A stretch of DNA of 64,000 nt from Methanomethylovorans hollandica DSM 15978 (GTDB lineage Archaea; Halobacteriota; Methanosarcinia; Methanosarcinales; Methanosarcinaceae). Position 1 is the first letter of the stretch, and every line of letters begins with the position of its first letter. The notes below the pieces were generated by a model. It searched no databases, was not told the origin of the DNA, and saw only the letters and a list, made by a program, of their open reading frames with translations. Made by a program: the position numbers and the translations under genes. The stretch spans positions 1,728,011 to 1,792,010 of the forward strand of contig NC_019977.1 of the NCBI RefSeq assembly GCF_000328665.1, written 5' to 3'. This document shows positions 50,284 through 61,553 of the stretch, in pieces.

Positions 50284-51971
50284 GCTTTCCTCTCCAGGTC
50301 CATTATCTCGTTGATAGCCGCTCCTGCCGGCACCATGGGCGATACGTTCTCTTCACACTCTACCCAGAAATCTATCAGCGTGGGCCTTCCGGAAGCTATT
50401 GCCTGCTCGATGGCCGGCCTGACCTCTGAAGGCTGTGTAACGCGCAGCCCGAGTGCACCGTATGCCTCTGCGAGCTTTACGAAATCAACACTGTTCCTTA
50501 TACAGGTATAAGAGTATCTTTTATCGAAGAAGAGTTCCTGCCACTGCCTGACCATACCCAGATAACCATTATTGAATATAGCGATTATCACGGGGATATT
50601 CTCCTGGACAACAGTTGCCAACTCCTGCGAGTTCATCTGGAACGAGCCGTCACCTGAAATATCAAAGACCACTCTGTCGGGCTTTGCCATTTTGACCCCG
50701 ATGGCTGCCGGGAACCCGAATCCCATGGTACCCAGACCTCCGGACGATATGAACGTCCGGGGTTCACTGAACCTGAAGTATTGCGCAGCCCACATCTGAT
50801 GCTGGCCAACTTCGGTAACGATGATTGCATCCTTGCAGGCATCATGGATCTGTTCTATGATGTACTGGGGTTTGATATTTTCCTTGCCGCCAATATAATG
50901 CAGGGGATATGATCTCTTCCAGTGTGCTATCCTTTTCAGCCATTCATCGGTGGGAGCCCTTTCGACATATTTAAGCAGGTCTTCAAGCACCTTTGCGGCA
51001 TTACCCACTATAGGGATGTCTACGCGCACGTTCTTGGATATCTCTGCAGGATCTACATCTATATGGATGATCCTGGCATTGGTTGCAAAAGATCTGATCT
51101 TGCCCGTGACCCTGTCATCGAACCTTGCACCCACGGCGATGATGAGATCTGATTCCTGTATCGCATAGTTGGCATATTTGGTGCCGTGCATTCCCAGCAT
51201 ACCCAGGAACAGCGGATGGTCCACCGGGAAAGCACCCATCCCGGTAAGTGTCGTGGTGACCGGAGCCTGCACTTTTTCGGCAAGTGCCCGCAGATATTCG
51301 CTGGCATTTGCACTGATAACTCCGCCCCCTGCGTAGATCACAGGTTTGGAAGAGAGGGAGATCTCTTCTGCAGCCTTCTTTATTTGCTGAATGTTACCTT
51401 CATAAGTGGGATTATAACTGCGCAGCTTCACCGTTTCTGGGTAGTGGAAATCGATCATTTCGGTTGTGAGATCCTTGGGGATATCTATAAGCACCGGCCC
51501 CGGTCTGCCAGTGGATGCAATATGGAACGCCTCCTTCATGATCCTTGGAATATCGTTAGCATCCTGCAGAAGATAATTATGTTTTGTTATAGGCAGGGTT
51601 ATACCCGTGATGTTAGCTTCCTGGAAGGCATCGTTCCCGATCATGGACAGCGGCACCTGGCCGGTCAGGGCTACAATGGGTATGGAGTCCATGTAAGCAG
51701 TGGCTATACCTGTGACCAGGTTAGTTGCTCCGGGGCCGGATGTGGCTAAGCATACTCCCACCTTACCTGTGGCCCTTGCATACCCATCTGCGGCATGGGC
51801 AGCTGATTGTTCATGGCGTACAAGCACATGGCGTATCTTTGAGTCATACAGTGCATCATAAATGGGAAGCACCTGACCTCCGGGATATCCGAATATCGTG
51901 TCTACGCCTTCCCTATACAGACACTCGATGATGGCTCTTGCACCTGTCATCTTCTCTGTTTGTCCTGTCAT
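50280..51971 (-). CDS. ilvB: Acetolactate synthase large subunit
   Basis: [47 protein letters not shown]. Confidence 0.97.
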   Translation of the reverse strand: MTGQTEKMTGARAIIECLYREGVDTIFGYPGGQVLPIYDALYDSKIRHVLVRHEQSAAHAADGYARATGKVGVCLATSGPGATNLVTGIATAYMDSIPIVALTGQVPLSMIGNDAFQEANITGITLPITKHNYLLQDANDIPRIMKEAFHIASTGRPGPVLIDIPKDLTTEMIDFHYPETVKLRSYNPTYEGNIQQIKKAAEEISLSSKPVIYAGGGVISANASEYLRALAEKVQAPVTTTLTGMGAFPVDHPLFLGMLGMHGTKYANYAIQESDLIIAVGARFDDRVTGKIRSFATNARIIHIDVDPAEISKNVRVDIPIVGNAAKVLEDLLKYVERAPTDEWLKRIAHWKRSYPLHYIGGKENIKPQYIIEQIHDACKDAIIVTEVGQHQMWAAQYFRFSEPRTFISSGGLGTMGFGFPAAIGVKMAKPDRVVFDISGDGSFQMNSQELATVVQENIPVIIAIFNNGYLGMVRQWQELFFDKRYSYTCIRNSVDFVKLAEAYGALGLRVTQPSEVRPAIEQAIASGRPTLIDFWVECEENVSPMVPAGAAINEIMDLERKA

Positions 51972-52018
51972 ACGATCACTCTGATGGTCATTTTTTTAGA
52001 TGTAGATATGTGTGTTTA

Positions 52019-53518
52019 TCACTCTTTTATTCTATCAGACGATTCTGCCTGTATCAAACGATTGATACCGTTAAGCATTGCCTCCACAGAAGCCATGATA
52101 ATATCAGTGCGTGTACCTCTGGAAGTTATCATCCTGCCGTCCTTTGAAAGTTTCACCAGTACTTCCACAAGGGCATCAGTGCCTCCTGTAATGGCATCCA
52201 CATGGTATTCCTCAAGCTGGATGTCTCCTACCCCAGCCACTGCTTTCTTTATACACTGAATAGTAGCGTCCACAGGTCCATCGCCTATACCTGCCTGGAC
52301 GACCTCCTGGCCATCAACTTTCAGTTTTACCGAAGCTGTGGGAGTGACCCTGTTCCCTGATACTACGGTAAAGTCTTCAAGTTTGACCCTGGAATTGCAC
52401 TGGATGTTTAGTACGGTCTCGGCAATGGACTGAAGATCAGCATCAGTAACATGCTTGCCGAAATCACCCAGCTCCTTTACTCTCTTGAGGATCTCGTTAA
52501 GGTGAGAATCCTGGATATCATATCCCATTTCCTTAATGGCAAGAGATACAGAGCTTTTGCCTGCATGCTTACCCATCACGATCTTACGCTCACGTCCGAG
52601 TATTTCCGGCCGTATCGGTTCATATGTGGATGTGTCTGCCAAAAGACCATGTACATGAATACCTGCCTCATGAGAGAAAGCATTGCCTCCTACAAGAGAT
52701 TTGTTGGGAGCTACGGGTATACCCGTAAGGCGGCTTACAAGCCTCGAGGTCTTGAAAAGCTCAGTTGTCTTGATACCTGTATCATATTTGTACAACCATT
52801 CAAGGATCATTACCACTTCTTCAAGGGAGGTATTACCCGCTCTTTCCCCTATGCCGTTAATGGTCACATGTGCTTCTCCTGCACCTGCTCTGAGAGCAGC
52901 TACCGTATTTGCGGTGCCCAGGCCGAAGTCATCATGACAGTGTATGCTTACAGGTATCTTTAAGGAAGCTGCCAGATCCTTGAATATAGCCTCTGTCTTT
53001 TCAGGTATCAGCATACCTACGGTGTCGCAGAAACAGAGTCTCTCTGCACCAGCCTCGATACCTGCCTGGTAAATGGACTTCAGGAAGTCAAGATCTGCCC
53101 TAGAGGCATCCTCTCCACTAAGCTCAACGATAAGCCCATGATCCCTGGCATATTCCGTAGTCTCGATGGCCATCTGCATTACTGCTTCCCTGTCCTTCTT
53201 GAGCTTAACTCTAATGTGCAGATCGGACACAGGAGCCACAAGATGAATGGAGTCCACATCACATGCAAGCGCATAGTCGATATCAGGTTGCATGATCCTG
53301 CAATAGCTGCAAATATCTGCACTTAAACCTTCAGCCGCAATTGCGCGGATGGATTCCCTTTCCCCTTCGGAAGTGATGGCTGATCCGGCCTCGATAATAT
53401 GCACGCCAAGCTCGTCTAGCTTGCGGGCAATGGCAAGTTTGTCCTCTTTAGTTAGCGCCACGCCGGGCGTCTGTTCACCGTCTCGTAGAGTTGTGTCCAA
53501 AAAGCGGATGTTTTCCAA
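52019..53518 (-). CDS. cimA: (R)-citramalate synthase (LeuA/CimA family), TTG start
   Basis: [23 protein letters not shown] (CimA-type), [16 protein letters not shown]-terminal allosteric domain; GAGGGG RBS 8 nt upstream. Confidence 0.85.
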   Translation of the reverse strand: MENIRFLDTTLRDGEQTPGVALTKEDKLAIARKLDELGVHIIEAGSAITSEGERESIRAIAAEGLSADICSYCRIMQPDIDYALACDVDSIHLVAPVSDLHIRVKLKKDREAVMQMAIETTEYARDHGLIVELSGEDASRADLDFLKSIYQAGIEAGAERLCFCDTVGMLIPEKTEAIFKDLAASLKIPVSIHCHDDFGLGTANTVAALRAGAGEAHVTINGIGERAGNTSLEEVVMILEWLYKYDTGIKTTELFKTSRLVSRLTGIPVAPNKSLVGGNAFSHEAGIHVHGLLADTSTYEPIRPEILGRERKIVMGKHAGKSSVSLAIKEMGYDIQDSHLNEILKRVKELGDFGKHVTDADLQSIAETVLNIQCNSRVKLEDFTVVSGNRVTPTASVKLKVDGQEVVQAGIGDGPVDATIQCIKKAVAGVGDIQLEEYHVDAITGGTDALVEVLVKLSKDGRMITSRGTRTDIIMASVEAMLNGINRLIQAESSDRIKE

Positions 53519-53625
53519 TAATAAGACCCCTCACAGGTATTAGTCTGCGGCAATAGCCAACAGTACCTACACCGATATCGCTATACTATATATGGATATC
53601 GATGTATCTATCATGATTGTTCACT

Positions 53626-53663
53626 AAAGAAGAACAAAAGAAAAAGTGCCTGAATTCCAGGCA
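53626..53663 (-). terminator. Hairpin + T-tract after M42 peptidase gene
   Basis: TGCCTG-GAATT-CAGGCA followed by CTTTTTCTTTTGTTCTTCTTT on the - strand. Confidence 0.6.
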
Positions 53664-54719
53664 TCAGAAATACTTGTCAATAGCCTCTATTGAGCTTACC
53701 AGAAGGTCTACACATGCCTTGACGTCAGCTGTATCCACTACTTCCACGGGAGAGTGTATATAACGGGTAACTACGCTTATGACACTGCATGGGATGCCCG
53801 CTCTTGTAAGGTGTATGGCAGTGGCATCCGTAGTACCACCATCACCCACCTCAAGCTGATAGGGGATGTGTTTCGATTCTGCGGTTTCAATCAGCCATTT
53901 AAGCACTTGGGGCGAAGCAATAAGACCACGTCCGGAGGCATCTGCCACGGTGATAACTCCACCTTTACCCTGTTCCACTGCAGCATCCTTTTTATCAATG
54001 CCCGGATGATCACCTGAAATTGTCGTGTCGACTGCAAGGGCTATATCCGGGTCCAGGCTGAAGGCAGATGTACGTGCGCCTTTGAGACCAACCTCTTCCT
54101 GCACGGTTCCCACGGCATACACGGTCGCTTTGATGTCCTTATCTGCAAGTTGCCTCATAACTTCCAGAAGTATTGCACAGCCTGCACGGTTGTCAAAAGC
54201 CTTGCCTGTTATCTTACCATTTGCAAGAGCAACTACTTCCCTGTCCATGGAAACAGGCGTTCCTATGGCAATACCCATCATTTCAGCATCGTCGCGGCTT
54301 GTGGCACCCACATCGATGAACATTTCCTCGGACTTCACAGGTCTTTTCCTGTCCTCTTCTTTCATCACATGAGGTGGTTTGGATCCGATGACTCCGGGAA
54401 CAGGACCATTTTTGGTATGGACCACAACTCTCTGGCTGTGCAGAGTGGGGTCGAACCAGCCACCTATCTTCACGAACTTCAGGAAACCCTTGTCATCAAT
54501 ATACTGCACCATCAGACCTATCTCATCCATATGGGTTGCGATCATTATTGATGGGCCGTTTCCCTTTTTAGTGCCTATCAGATTGCCCATCTTATCCGCG
54601 GTCAGCTCGTCCACATAGGGCTTAAGTCCTTCCTCCATAATGGCACGTATACTTTCCTCATGGCCGGAGATGCCATGTGCATTGGATAACTTCTTCAAAG
54701 AATCGACCAGTTTTTCCAT
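53664..54719 (-). CDS. M42 family (TET/FrvX) aminopeptidase
   Basis: ISGHE, THMDEIG, KAFDNRAG, VQEEVGLKGA, GGTTDA, RYIHSP. Confidence 0.94.
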   Translation of the reverse strand: MEKLVDSLKKLSNAHGISGHEESIRAIMEEGLKPYVDELTADKMGNLIGTKKGNGPSIMIATHMDEIGLMVQYIDDKGFLKFVKIGGWFDPTLHSQRVVVHTKNGPVPGVIGSKPPHVMKEEDRKRPVKSEEMFIDVGATSRDDAEMMGIAIGTPVSMDREVVALANGKITGKAFDNRAGCAILLEVMRQLADKDIKATVYAVGTVQEEVGLKGARTSAFSLDPDIALAVDTTISGDHPGIDKKDAAVEQGKGGVITVADASGRGLIASPQVLKWLIETAESKHIPYQLEVGDGGTTDATAIHLTRAGIPCSVISVVTRYIHSPVEVVDTADVKACVDLLVSSIEAIDKYF

Positions 54720-55368
54720 ATTGACCCTCTTTTTTGGAATTAATGAAGATAATAAGCATTGCTGGTATAAAGGTATAGATGTAAAATATAAAATAAAATA
54801 AAAAAAAGAATGCTTTGCTGTATGTTGAAGCTTACTCTAACTGCACCCTAACAAAGTGTAAGATCAATGATCGTCGTTACTGGGACTGTAAGGGATGAAA
54901 TCAGATAAATGCTGTTGCTTCTGATATCAATACTATATTTAGATCTTTTAATCAATTCAACAATTTGTAAAAATTTGAAGATTTCATTGTTTTTTTATTG
55001 ATTTTCCTTCCTTAATCCTTCCAAAACCAAATAGCACAAATTGCTCTTATTGCGATGCAATGCAACAACATCTAGCAAGACCCATAAATCGGAACAATGA
55101 AATGTGCCACCCAATCAGGTGGATACAATCCATACTTAATATATAATTATTGCAATATGAATATAAGTGTATATATATAACATGTGGCTCGCGCACCCAC
55201 TTAACAGGTTGCAGTGGCCTTCCCATTATAACGATTATTATAAAAATACACTTCACTATAGATGATTTTATATATATGTACTTACATCCCCATATTCAGA
55301 ACATAGAACTAAAAAGAATAAGTCTGTAGTTGATTGGAACAGGTACAAAATAAAATAGAGTGATTCAA

Positions 55369-55506
55369 ATGGAACTTATCGAGGTAAAGTGTGTTGTGTG
55401 TGGAGCCCCCATCTATGTTTATGAAGAATACATCAAAGAAAACATGTACTGTACCATACATTGTTTGAATATTTCTATTAGCTCTGAAAAAGAGCAAATT
55501 GTCTAA
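55369..55506 (+). CDS. 45-aa Cys4 metal-binding small protein (TRASH/treble-clef-like)
   Basis: MELIEVKCVVCGAPIYVYEEYIKENMYCTIHCLNISISSEKEQIV; GAGTGA RBS-like sequence; below the ORF-track cutoff. Confidence 0.7.
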   Translation: MELIEVKCVVCGAPIYVYEEYIKENMYCTIHCLNISISSEKEQIV

Positions 55507-55630
55507 ATGAATAATTCATGTTTTTAACTTCATATTATAATTATTCAAATATTCTGCTAAATGATAAGAGATCGCTTTTTTGTCAATTAATCTATACCTT
55601 ATAGATATTCGAATATTATATATCTCATAA

Positions 55631-56560
55631 ATGTCTACTGAAAGTAACATGCAAAGAATACTTATCACCGGAGGATTAGGACAAGTAGGTAGTTACCTAG
55701 TGGATGCATTGCACGAAAAAGCGGAAGTCACAGTGCTGGATAATTTTTCATCCACTACAAGGGAAACTGTACCTCGGGAAATCAGCATAATAAAAGGTGA
55801 TGTTCGAGACAGGATAGCTGCAGACCTTGTAAAACAAAACGACATTATTATCCATACTGCAGCCCAGATCAGCGTCACAGCCTCGATGGAAGACCCACTG
55901 TCCGATGCACATAACAACGTATTCGGCACCCTCAACCTGCTTGAGGCAGCCCGTAGGTCCCCGACATCCAAGTTTGTCTACATAAGTTCAGCAGCCGTAT
56001 ACGGCGATCCTCTTTATACACCTATCACCGAGTCCCATCCCCAAGACCCGCTTTCTCCATATGGTACCAGCAAACTGAGCGGAGAAAAATATTGTATGAT
56101 GTACCATAAGGCCTTCGGTCTGCCTTCCTGCTGTATCCGTCCCTTTAATATTTACAGCCCCAGGCAGGATCCGGATAATCCGTATTCTGGCGTAATATCA
56201 CGTTTCATTGACAAAGCCAGGACAAAACAAAGTCCTGTGATCTTCGGAGATGGTAACCAGACCCGGGATTTCATCTCCGTTCACGATATAGTGGATATGA
56301 TAATGCTACTCCTTGAAAACGAGGAGGCTAACGGCCAGGTGTTCAATGCAGGCACCGGCAACAGTACCACTGTAAGCGAGCTTGCACACATGATCCTGGA
56401 CATATTCGGCGTGGATGTTCCGGTGCAATACATGCCGGAAAGACCCGGAGACATCAAATATAGTTGTTCTGACATATCCAAAGCAAGGGAGATACTTGGA
56501 TTTGAACCAAAGGTGCTACTAAGAGAAGGACTAATGGAATTTGAAGAGATAAAAACATAA
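55631..56560 (+). CDS. NAD-dependent nucleotide-sugar epimerase/dehydratase
   Basis: TGGLGQVG, SSAAVYG, YGTSK, GDGNQTRDF. Confidence 0.92.
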   Translation: MSTESNMQRILITGGLGQVGSYLVDALHEKAEVTVLDNFSSTTRETVPREISIIKGDVRDRIAADLVKQNDIIIHTAAQISVTASMEDPLSDAHNNVFGTLNLLEAARRSPTSKFVYISSAAVYGDPLYTPITESHPQDPLSPYGTSKLSGEKYCMMYHKAFGLPSCCIRPFNIYSPRQDPDNPYSGVISRFIDKARTKQSPVIFGDGNQTRDFISVHDIVDMIMLLLENEEANGQVFNAGTGNSTTVSELAHMILDIFGVDVPVQYMPERPGDIKYSCSDISKAREILGFEPKVLLREGLMEFEEIKT

Positions 56561-56613
56561 GACAATTGGATTTGTGCTCAATTAAAAAATGTAAAAGAGA
56601 AAAAGGAGACAGC

Positions 56614-58053
56614 TCACTTCAGAGAGTGACTGTTCTTATCTCCTCTGCCTATTCCCTTGTACACAAAACCTGCATTAATGAACTTATCAGGGTCCACCAC
56701 ATTGCGGCCATCGATGATTACCGGCTGTTTCTTTCCCATCTTCTGTTTGATCTGTTCAGGGGTCAGTTCGAAATACTGTTTATGCCCGGTGAAGATAACG
56801 ACCACATCGGCTCCTGTCAGCACCTTATCAATATTAGCATGTATATCTATGCCAGGGTAGTGGACGACGTGAGGATCCTGGACATTTATTTCACAGCCTG
56901 CCTGTAGCACCATATCCCTGTATGTTTCTGAAGGTGGGTTACGGGCGTCGTCGGAGTCGTTTAGGAATGCCCAGCCTAACATAGCTATCTTGATGCCTTT
57001 GGGCTTTTTACCGACCCTTTCCAGAGCCTTAACAGTGAGGTTGAACATATGCTTTGGCATAAAGTCATTGACCCTTCTGGCAAGCACATAGATAGATTCG
57101 GCATTCTCGGGATAGTCCAGAGGTTCTATACCAAGGGTGACACCGCGTTCCAGATGGTAGGTATCCTTAGTCAAACAATGTCCGCCAACACCTGCTCCGG
57201 GATACAGAATAGCCCGTGTGATACCTTCGCCTTTAAGGCTTGCAATACCGGCACGTACATCATATACATTTATGCCCATGGCCTCACAGTAAAGCGCAAG
57301 CTGGTTCACAGCTGCTATCTGCAGGTCTCTGAAAGTGTTCTCAGCAGTCTTGGTGACCTCTGCAGCAGTAGCTGTCATGGGTATTATCTTACCCTTCGTA
57401 AGCACGGGGGTATATAGCTCAGCTGCACGTCGGGTACAGACATCATCAATTCCGCCTACTATCCTATCATGTTCCCTGATGTTCTGCAAAAGCCTTCCGA
57501 CCATTACCCTCTCCGGTGCATGCGCCAGTGCGAAATCCTCGCCTGCAACAAGACCAGATTCCTTTTCCAGGATCTCCCTTGCCATACCTACGGTGGTACC
57601 AGGAGTAATAGTGGATTCAAGTACCACAAGCATGCCTTTCCTGAGATTCTTACCAACGTTCTGTATACCTTCGATTAGTGCGGTAAAGTCCGGCAAGAGG
57701 CTTTTGGGGTCCTCAAAAGGTGTCTGTATAGCTAATGTAACAGCGTCAAGCTCGCTGATCCTTGAAAAATCAGATGTGCAGGTGAACTTGCCTGCCTTTA
57801 CTACATTCTGCAGCAGGCCTTCAAGTCCTGGCTCTTCGCCTTTAAGAGGACTTTCACCTTTGTTAAGCATATCGATCTTATATCCGGAAGAGGATGAAGC
57901 TCGCTGGAACCCCAGCACATGATCAAAACACGGGGCATCTGCAAACAGTGCAGCTGCAGGTATACCCACATATCCCATACCGATAACACCTATTTTCTTG
58001 ATCGGCCCTTTCTCAGTAAGGATCTTTATTAATTTCTCGCTCATTGTGATCAC
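56614..58053 (-). CDS. Nucleotide-sugar 6-dehydrogenase (WbpA/WecC-like)
   Basis: GMGYVG, LESTITPGTT, APERV, AEVTKTAEN, GVGGHCL, DGRN. Confidence 0.92.
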   Translation of the reverse strand: MITMSEKLIKILTEKGPIKKIGVIGMGYVGIPAAALFADAPCFDHVLGFQRASSSSGYKIDMLNKGESPLKGEEPGLEGLLQNVVKAGKFTCTSDFSRISELDAVTLAIQTPFEDPKSLLPDFTALIEGIQNVGKNLRKGMLVVLESTITPGTTVGMAREILEKESGLVAGEDFALAHAPERVMVGRLLQNIREHDRIVGGIDDVCTRRAAELYTPVLTKGKIIPMTATAAEVTKTAENTFRDLQIAAVNQLALYCEAMGINVYDVRAGIASLKGEGITRAILYPGAGVGGHCLTKDTYHLERGVTLGIEPLDYPENAESIYVLARRVNDFMPKHMFNLTVKALERVGKKPKGIKIAMLGWAFLNDSDDARNPPSETYRDMVLQAGCEINVQDPHVVHYPGIDIHANIDKVLTGADVVVIFTGHKQYFELTPEQIKQKMGKKQPVIIDGRNVVDPDKFINAGFVYKGIGRGDKNSHSLK

Positions 58054-58069
58054 TTTATTTAGTTTAGTA

Positions 58070-59002
58070 TTATATGTCTACCACTTTTTCTTCATGATAT
58101 GATGTAATAGCAGCCATACATGCCTCAAGGGCATGTTTTCCATCCTCGCCATTAGGATGCGGATACTCGTTATTGGCAACACACCGCACAAAGTATTGAA
58201 GTTCATTGAGTAAAGGCTCTTTCGGCTCAACCTTTGCCTCACGTACCCATTCCTTATCGTGGAGCACAACAGATTGTTTCAGATAATCAAGATATGCAAC
58301 ACCCTCAACACCCACTGCAGTAAGAGTGCGTACTTTGTGTGGCGTCAGCCAGTTAACATCCACAAGACCTGAATATTCATGATCGAAGCGTAGGTGTATA
58401 GATGCATGGTCCTCAGAAGAATGAATGTTTGCCCCTGCAATCGTGTAGACCTGGTCGATCTTCTTACCATACAGATAAGAAATAATATCTACATCATGCA
58501 CACCAATGTCCAGAATAACACCTACATCCCTTATCCTGGGGTTATAGGCACCTACTCTCCTTGTGGACATGGATACGATCTTTCCCAATAATCCTGACTC
58601 GATGATCTGCTTGAGCCTGATGACAGCCGGATTGAACCTTTCGATATGCCCTACCATGAGCATCAATCCCTTTTCTTTGGCAGCCTTTATCATCAGATCC
58701 GCATTTTCGAGGGTGTCTGCAATAGGCTTTTCCACAAGGACATTAACTCCGGCATCCAGAGCATCCAATGTTACGTCTTTATGCATTTTGGTGGGAACCA
58801 CAATGCTCACTGCATCCAGGCCCTGGGACAGCAGCTTCTTATAATCTGTATAAGCTGTTGTCTTGAAAGTGTGTGCAAGCTCTTCTACAAGTGCCTGGTT
58901 CACATCAGAGATACCAACCAACTCGACGCCTTCCATTTCACTGTAGATCCTCACATGGTTCTTTCCCATGGAACCTACACCAATTACTCCTACTCTTATC
59001 AT
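58070..59002 (-). CDS. UDP-GlcNAc(A) 3-dehydrogenase (Gfo/Idh/MocA, WbpB-like)
   Basis: GVGSMG, VEKPIA, GHIERFNPA, DIGVHD. Confidence 0.9.
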   Translation of the reverse strand: MIRVGVIGVGSMGKNHVRIYSEMEGVELVGISDVNQALVEELAHTFKTTAYTDYKKLLSQGLDAVSIVVPTKMHKDVTLDALDAGVNVLVEKPIADTLENADLMIKAAKEKGLMLMVGHIERFNPAVIRLKQIIESGLLGKIVSMSTRRVGAYNPRIRDVGVILDIGVHDVDIISYLYGKKIDQVYTIAGANIHSSEDHASIHLRFDHEYSGLVDVNWLTPHKVRTLTAVGVEGVAYLDYLKQSVVLHDKEWVREAKVEPKEPLLNELQYFVRCVANNEYPHPNGEDGKHALEACMAAITSYHEEKVVDI

Positions 59003-59005
59003 ATC

Positions 59006-60085
59006 TTACCTCTGGGCCCATTCCTTTATCGATGCAATGACAGTGTTGATATCAACATCTGATAACGCCGGATGCACAGGTACAGACAGGACTTCGCTGG
59101 CTGCCTTTTCACTGTTAGGGTAACTTCCTGTATAACCCATTTCCTTGTACAAAGGCTGCTGGTGTATACAAAGGGGATAATATGTACCTGTTCCGATATC
59201 CTTCTGCTGAAGAGCATCACGCAGTGAATCCCTGTGATCGGTACGGACAGTATACTGGTGGTACACGTGTAAACAATTTTCTTTCTCCACTGGTAATATA
59301 ATGTTCTTTGTGCCTTTAAGGCCCATAGAGAGCTTGCTGGCATTCTTCCTTCTCTTTTCGGTGAACTCGTCAAGTCTTCCCATTTGCACGATACCTATAG
59401 CAGCAGAAATGTCGGTCATACGGAAATTATAGCCTATCATCTCATGCAGATAGCGCTGTTTAGAACCATGTGCCCTGAGCATACGTGAGCGAGCTGCAAT
59501 GTCCGGATCATCGGTGGTGATGATACCACCTTCACTGGTGGTCATATTCTTGGTAGGATAGAAGCTGAAAGTACCGGTTCCGAAAGAGCCGACCTTCTTG
59601 CCTTTGTATGTTGCACCATGAGCCTGACAGGCATCCTCTATCACAAGAAGGTTATGATCCTCGGCTATCTCCATGATCGCATCCATGTCAGCAGCGTGGC
59701 CGTAAAGATGTACAGGCATTATTGCCTTTGTACGACTGGTGATCATCTCATGGACCTGGTCCGCAGAGATAATATAAGTATCAGGTTCGATGTCAGCAAA
59801 AACAGGTTTCGCACCAGTGTAAACAATAGAATTGGCAGTAGCTACAAAACTGAAGGGTGAAGTGATCACTTCGTCTCCTTTGCCTATGCCATGAGCCATC
59901 AATGCTACGTGCAATGCGGCCGTTCCTGAATTAACGGCTACAGCATGGTCAACTCCGATATACTCTGCAAAGGCCTGCTCGAACTGGGCCACCCTTGGCC
60001 CTTCAGCTATTACCCCTGAACGCAGCACGGCGGTGACGGCCTCGATCTCCGCTTCGTCAAGATAGGGTTTTGCGATGGTTATCAT
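59006..60085 (-). CDS. DegT/DnrJ aminotransferase (WbpE-like)
   Basis: SGTAALH, PVHLYG, EDACQAHG, SFYPTKN, GYNFRM. Confidence 0.93.
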   Translation of the reverse strand: MITIAKPYLDEAEIEAVTAVLRSGVIAEGPRVAQFEQAFAEYIGVDHAVAVNSGTAALHVALMAHGIGKGDEVITSPFSFVATANSIVYTGAKPVFADIEPDTYIISADQVHEMITSRTKAIMPVHLYGHAADMDAIMEIAEDHNLLVIEDACQAHGATYKGKKVGSFGTGTFSFYPTKNMTTSEGGIITTDDPDIAARSRMLRAHGSKQRYLHEMIGYNFRMTDISAAIGIVQMGRLDEFTEKRRKNASKLSMGLKGTKNIILPVEKENCLHVYHQYTVRTDHRDSLRDALQQKDIGTGTYYPLCIHQQPLYKEMGYTGSYPNSEKAASEVLSVPVHPALSDVDINTVIASIKEWAQR

Positions 60086-60129
60086 TATATACCTCTTTAA
60101 GAACTATAACTAGAACAATAGACCTATAT

Positions 60130-60795
60130 TTATATTTTATTCAATTGTCTAAGCTTCTCCGGCAGTTCGGTTATTTTTGCAGGGCAGCCAATGGCAAGTT
60201 TCCATGGGGGCACATCTTTCGTAACCAGGGCCCCGGCGGCTACCATTGCTCCTTCTCCGATCTCCACTCCCGGAATCAGAGTGGCATTAGCACCAATAGA
60301 TGCACCTTTACACAATGTCGGTCCATCAGCTATGTATTCACCTCTGATAGGATATTTATCATTCGCAAGTACTGCACATGGACCGATAAATACGTTATCT
60401 TCTATAGTGACATGAGTAGGAATGTAAACGTTGCCCTGAATACTCACATTGTTACCGATTTTTACATTGCCATCTATGATCACGTTAGTACCCACAAGTA
60501 CACTGTTGCCAATTGAAGTATTTTCCCGTACCATAGCATTGTGACCTGTTTTGAAACTGTTTCCTGTTTTCACGCTACTGAAGATAGTCGTACCTGCACG
60601 GATGAAAGACTCTCTGCCAATGATGGCACCTGGGTAATCATAATCCTCGATCTCAAGTCCCTGTTTAATGATCTCCATCAATACACGATGTTCCGGGTAG
60701 CCCAATGTGACGTTTTCCATAACTACAGTCCCTTCACCTACTGAAGTTCGTCCATAGAGCTTTGAGCTACGGTGTATACTTATATTATCTCCCAT
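60130..60795 (-). CDS. Hexapeptide-repeat N-acetyltransferase (WbpD-like)
   Basis: Left-handed beta-helix repeats, ND.YP, GASIGANA, GALVTKDVP. Confidence 0.88.
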   Translation of the reverse strand: MGDNISIHRSSKLYGRTSVGEGTVVMENVTLGYPEHRVLMEIIKQGLEIEDYDYPGAIIGRESFIRAGTTIFSSVKTGNSFKTGHNAMVRENTSIGNSVLVGTNVIIDGNVKIGNNVSIQGNVYIPTHVTIEDNVFIGPCAVLANDKYPIRGEYIADGPTLCKGASIGANATLIPGVEIGEGAMVAAGALVTKDVPPWKLAIGCPAKITELPEKLRQLNKI

Positions 60796-60877
60796 TAGTA
60801 TCCTCTTCTGATCTTTGAGCATAAATATATTTTAGATAGAATGATATAATTTACATATATAAAGGTTGCAACATGTT

Positions 60878-61429
60878 TCATAGCTTAACAGTCCCAGATA
60901 TGACATATAATAGATATTTCTGTCGCAGGTATCGGATGTTCAGGAACAGCAAGACCATAAAACCTGTTACCTCGGAGATGAAAACATAATCAAGGGAAGG
61001 AGTATACGCATATGTAAATAGTATCTGAAAATAATCAAGGGCACCACCATAAGTTCCTGGATTACTCGGGAAATGCCATCCCATAAGAGGCCAGAACAGT
61101 GTTGCCGGTGTTTCCCACATATTGTCCGCTATCAGATGACAGAAACTGGCAGCTGAGAGGAACATGAATCGTATATCATTTTTTCTCTTCCACAAATAGA
61201 AGGAAACGCTGCAGAGAAACACGAAGAACAGCAAAGTATGTGCAAATATCCGACCATTGTCTATAGTTTCTGAAAAAATTACCCTTCCTATTGGCTTGTC
61301 GATAAGATCAGGTAACATAGAGCCAAGGGTCACACCTACATAACTAATGCGACCTTTCAAAACTGGAATTTTATGCTCCAGAAGCTTGAAAAGACCCAAA
61401 GTAATTCCTAAATGGCCGAAGATGAACAT
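60878..61429 (-). CDS. Membrane-bound metal-dependent hydrolase (YdjM/DUF457-like)
   Basis: GH, LPDLID, AHTL, HLIAD, LFWP. Confidence 0.82.
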   Translation of the reverse strand: MFIFGHLGITLGLFKLLEHKIPVLKGRISYVGVTLGSMLPDLIDKPIGRVIFSETIDNGRIFAHTLLFFVFLCSVSFYLWKRKNDIRFMFLSAASFCHLIADNMWETPATLFWPLMGWHFPSNPGTYGGALDYFQILFTYAYTPSLDYVFISEVTGFMVLLFLNIRYLRQKYLLYVISGTVKL

Positions 61430-61553
61430 CGTATTAATATAATATTCAAATATAAATACGTTTATGCCTTATCGAGCTGTAAATATAATTCCCTTTTAGT
61501 TTAAAAAGGGAATGAAGAGTAAATATTTAACAGGCAAGAGCATCTAAAGAGGA

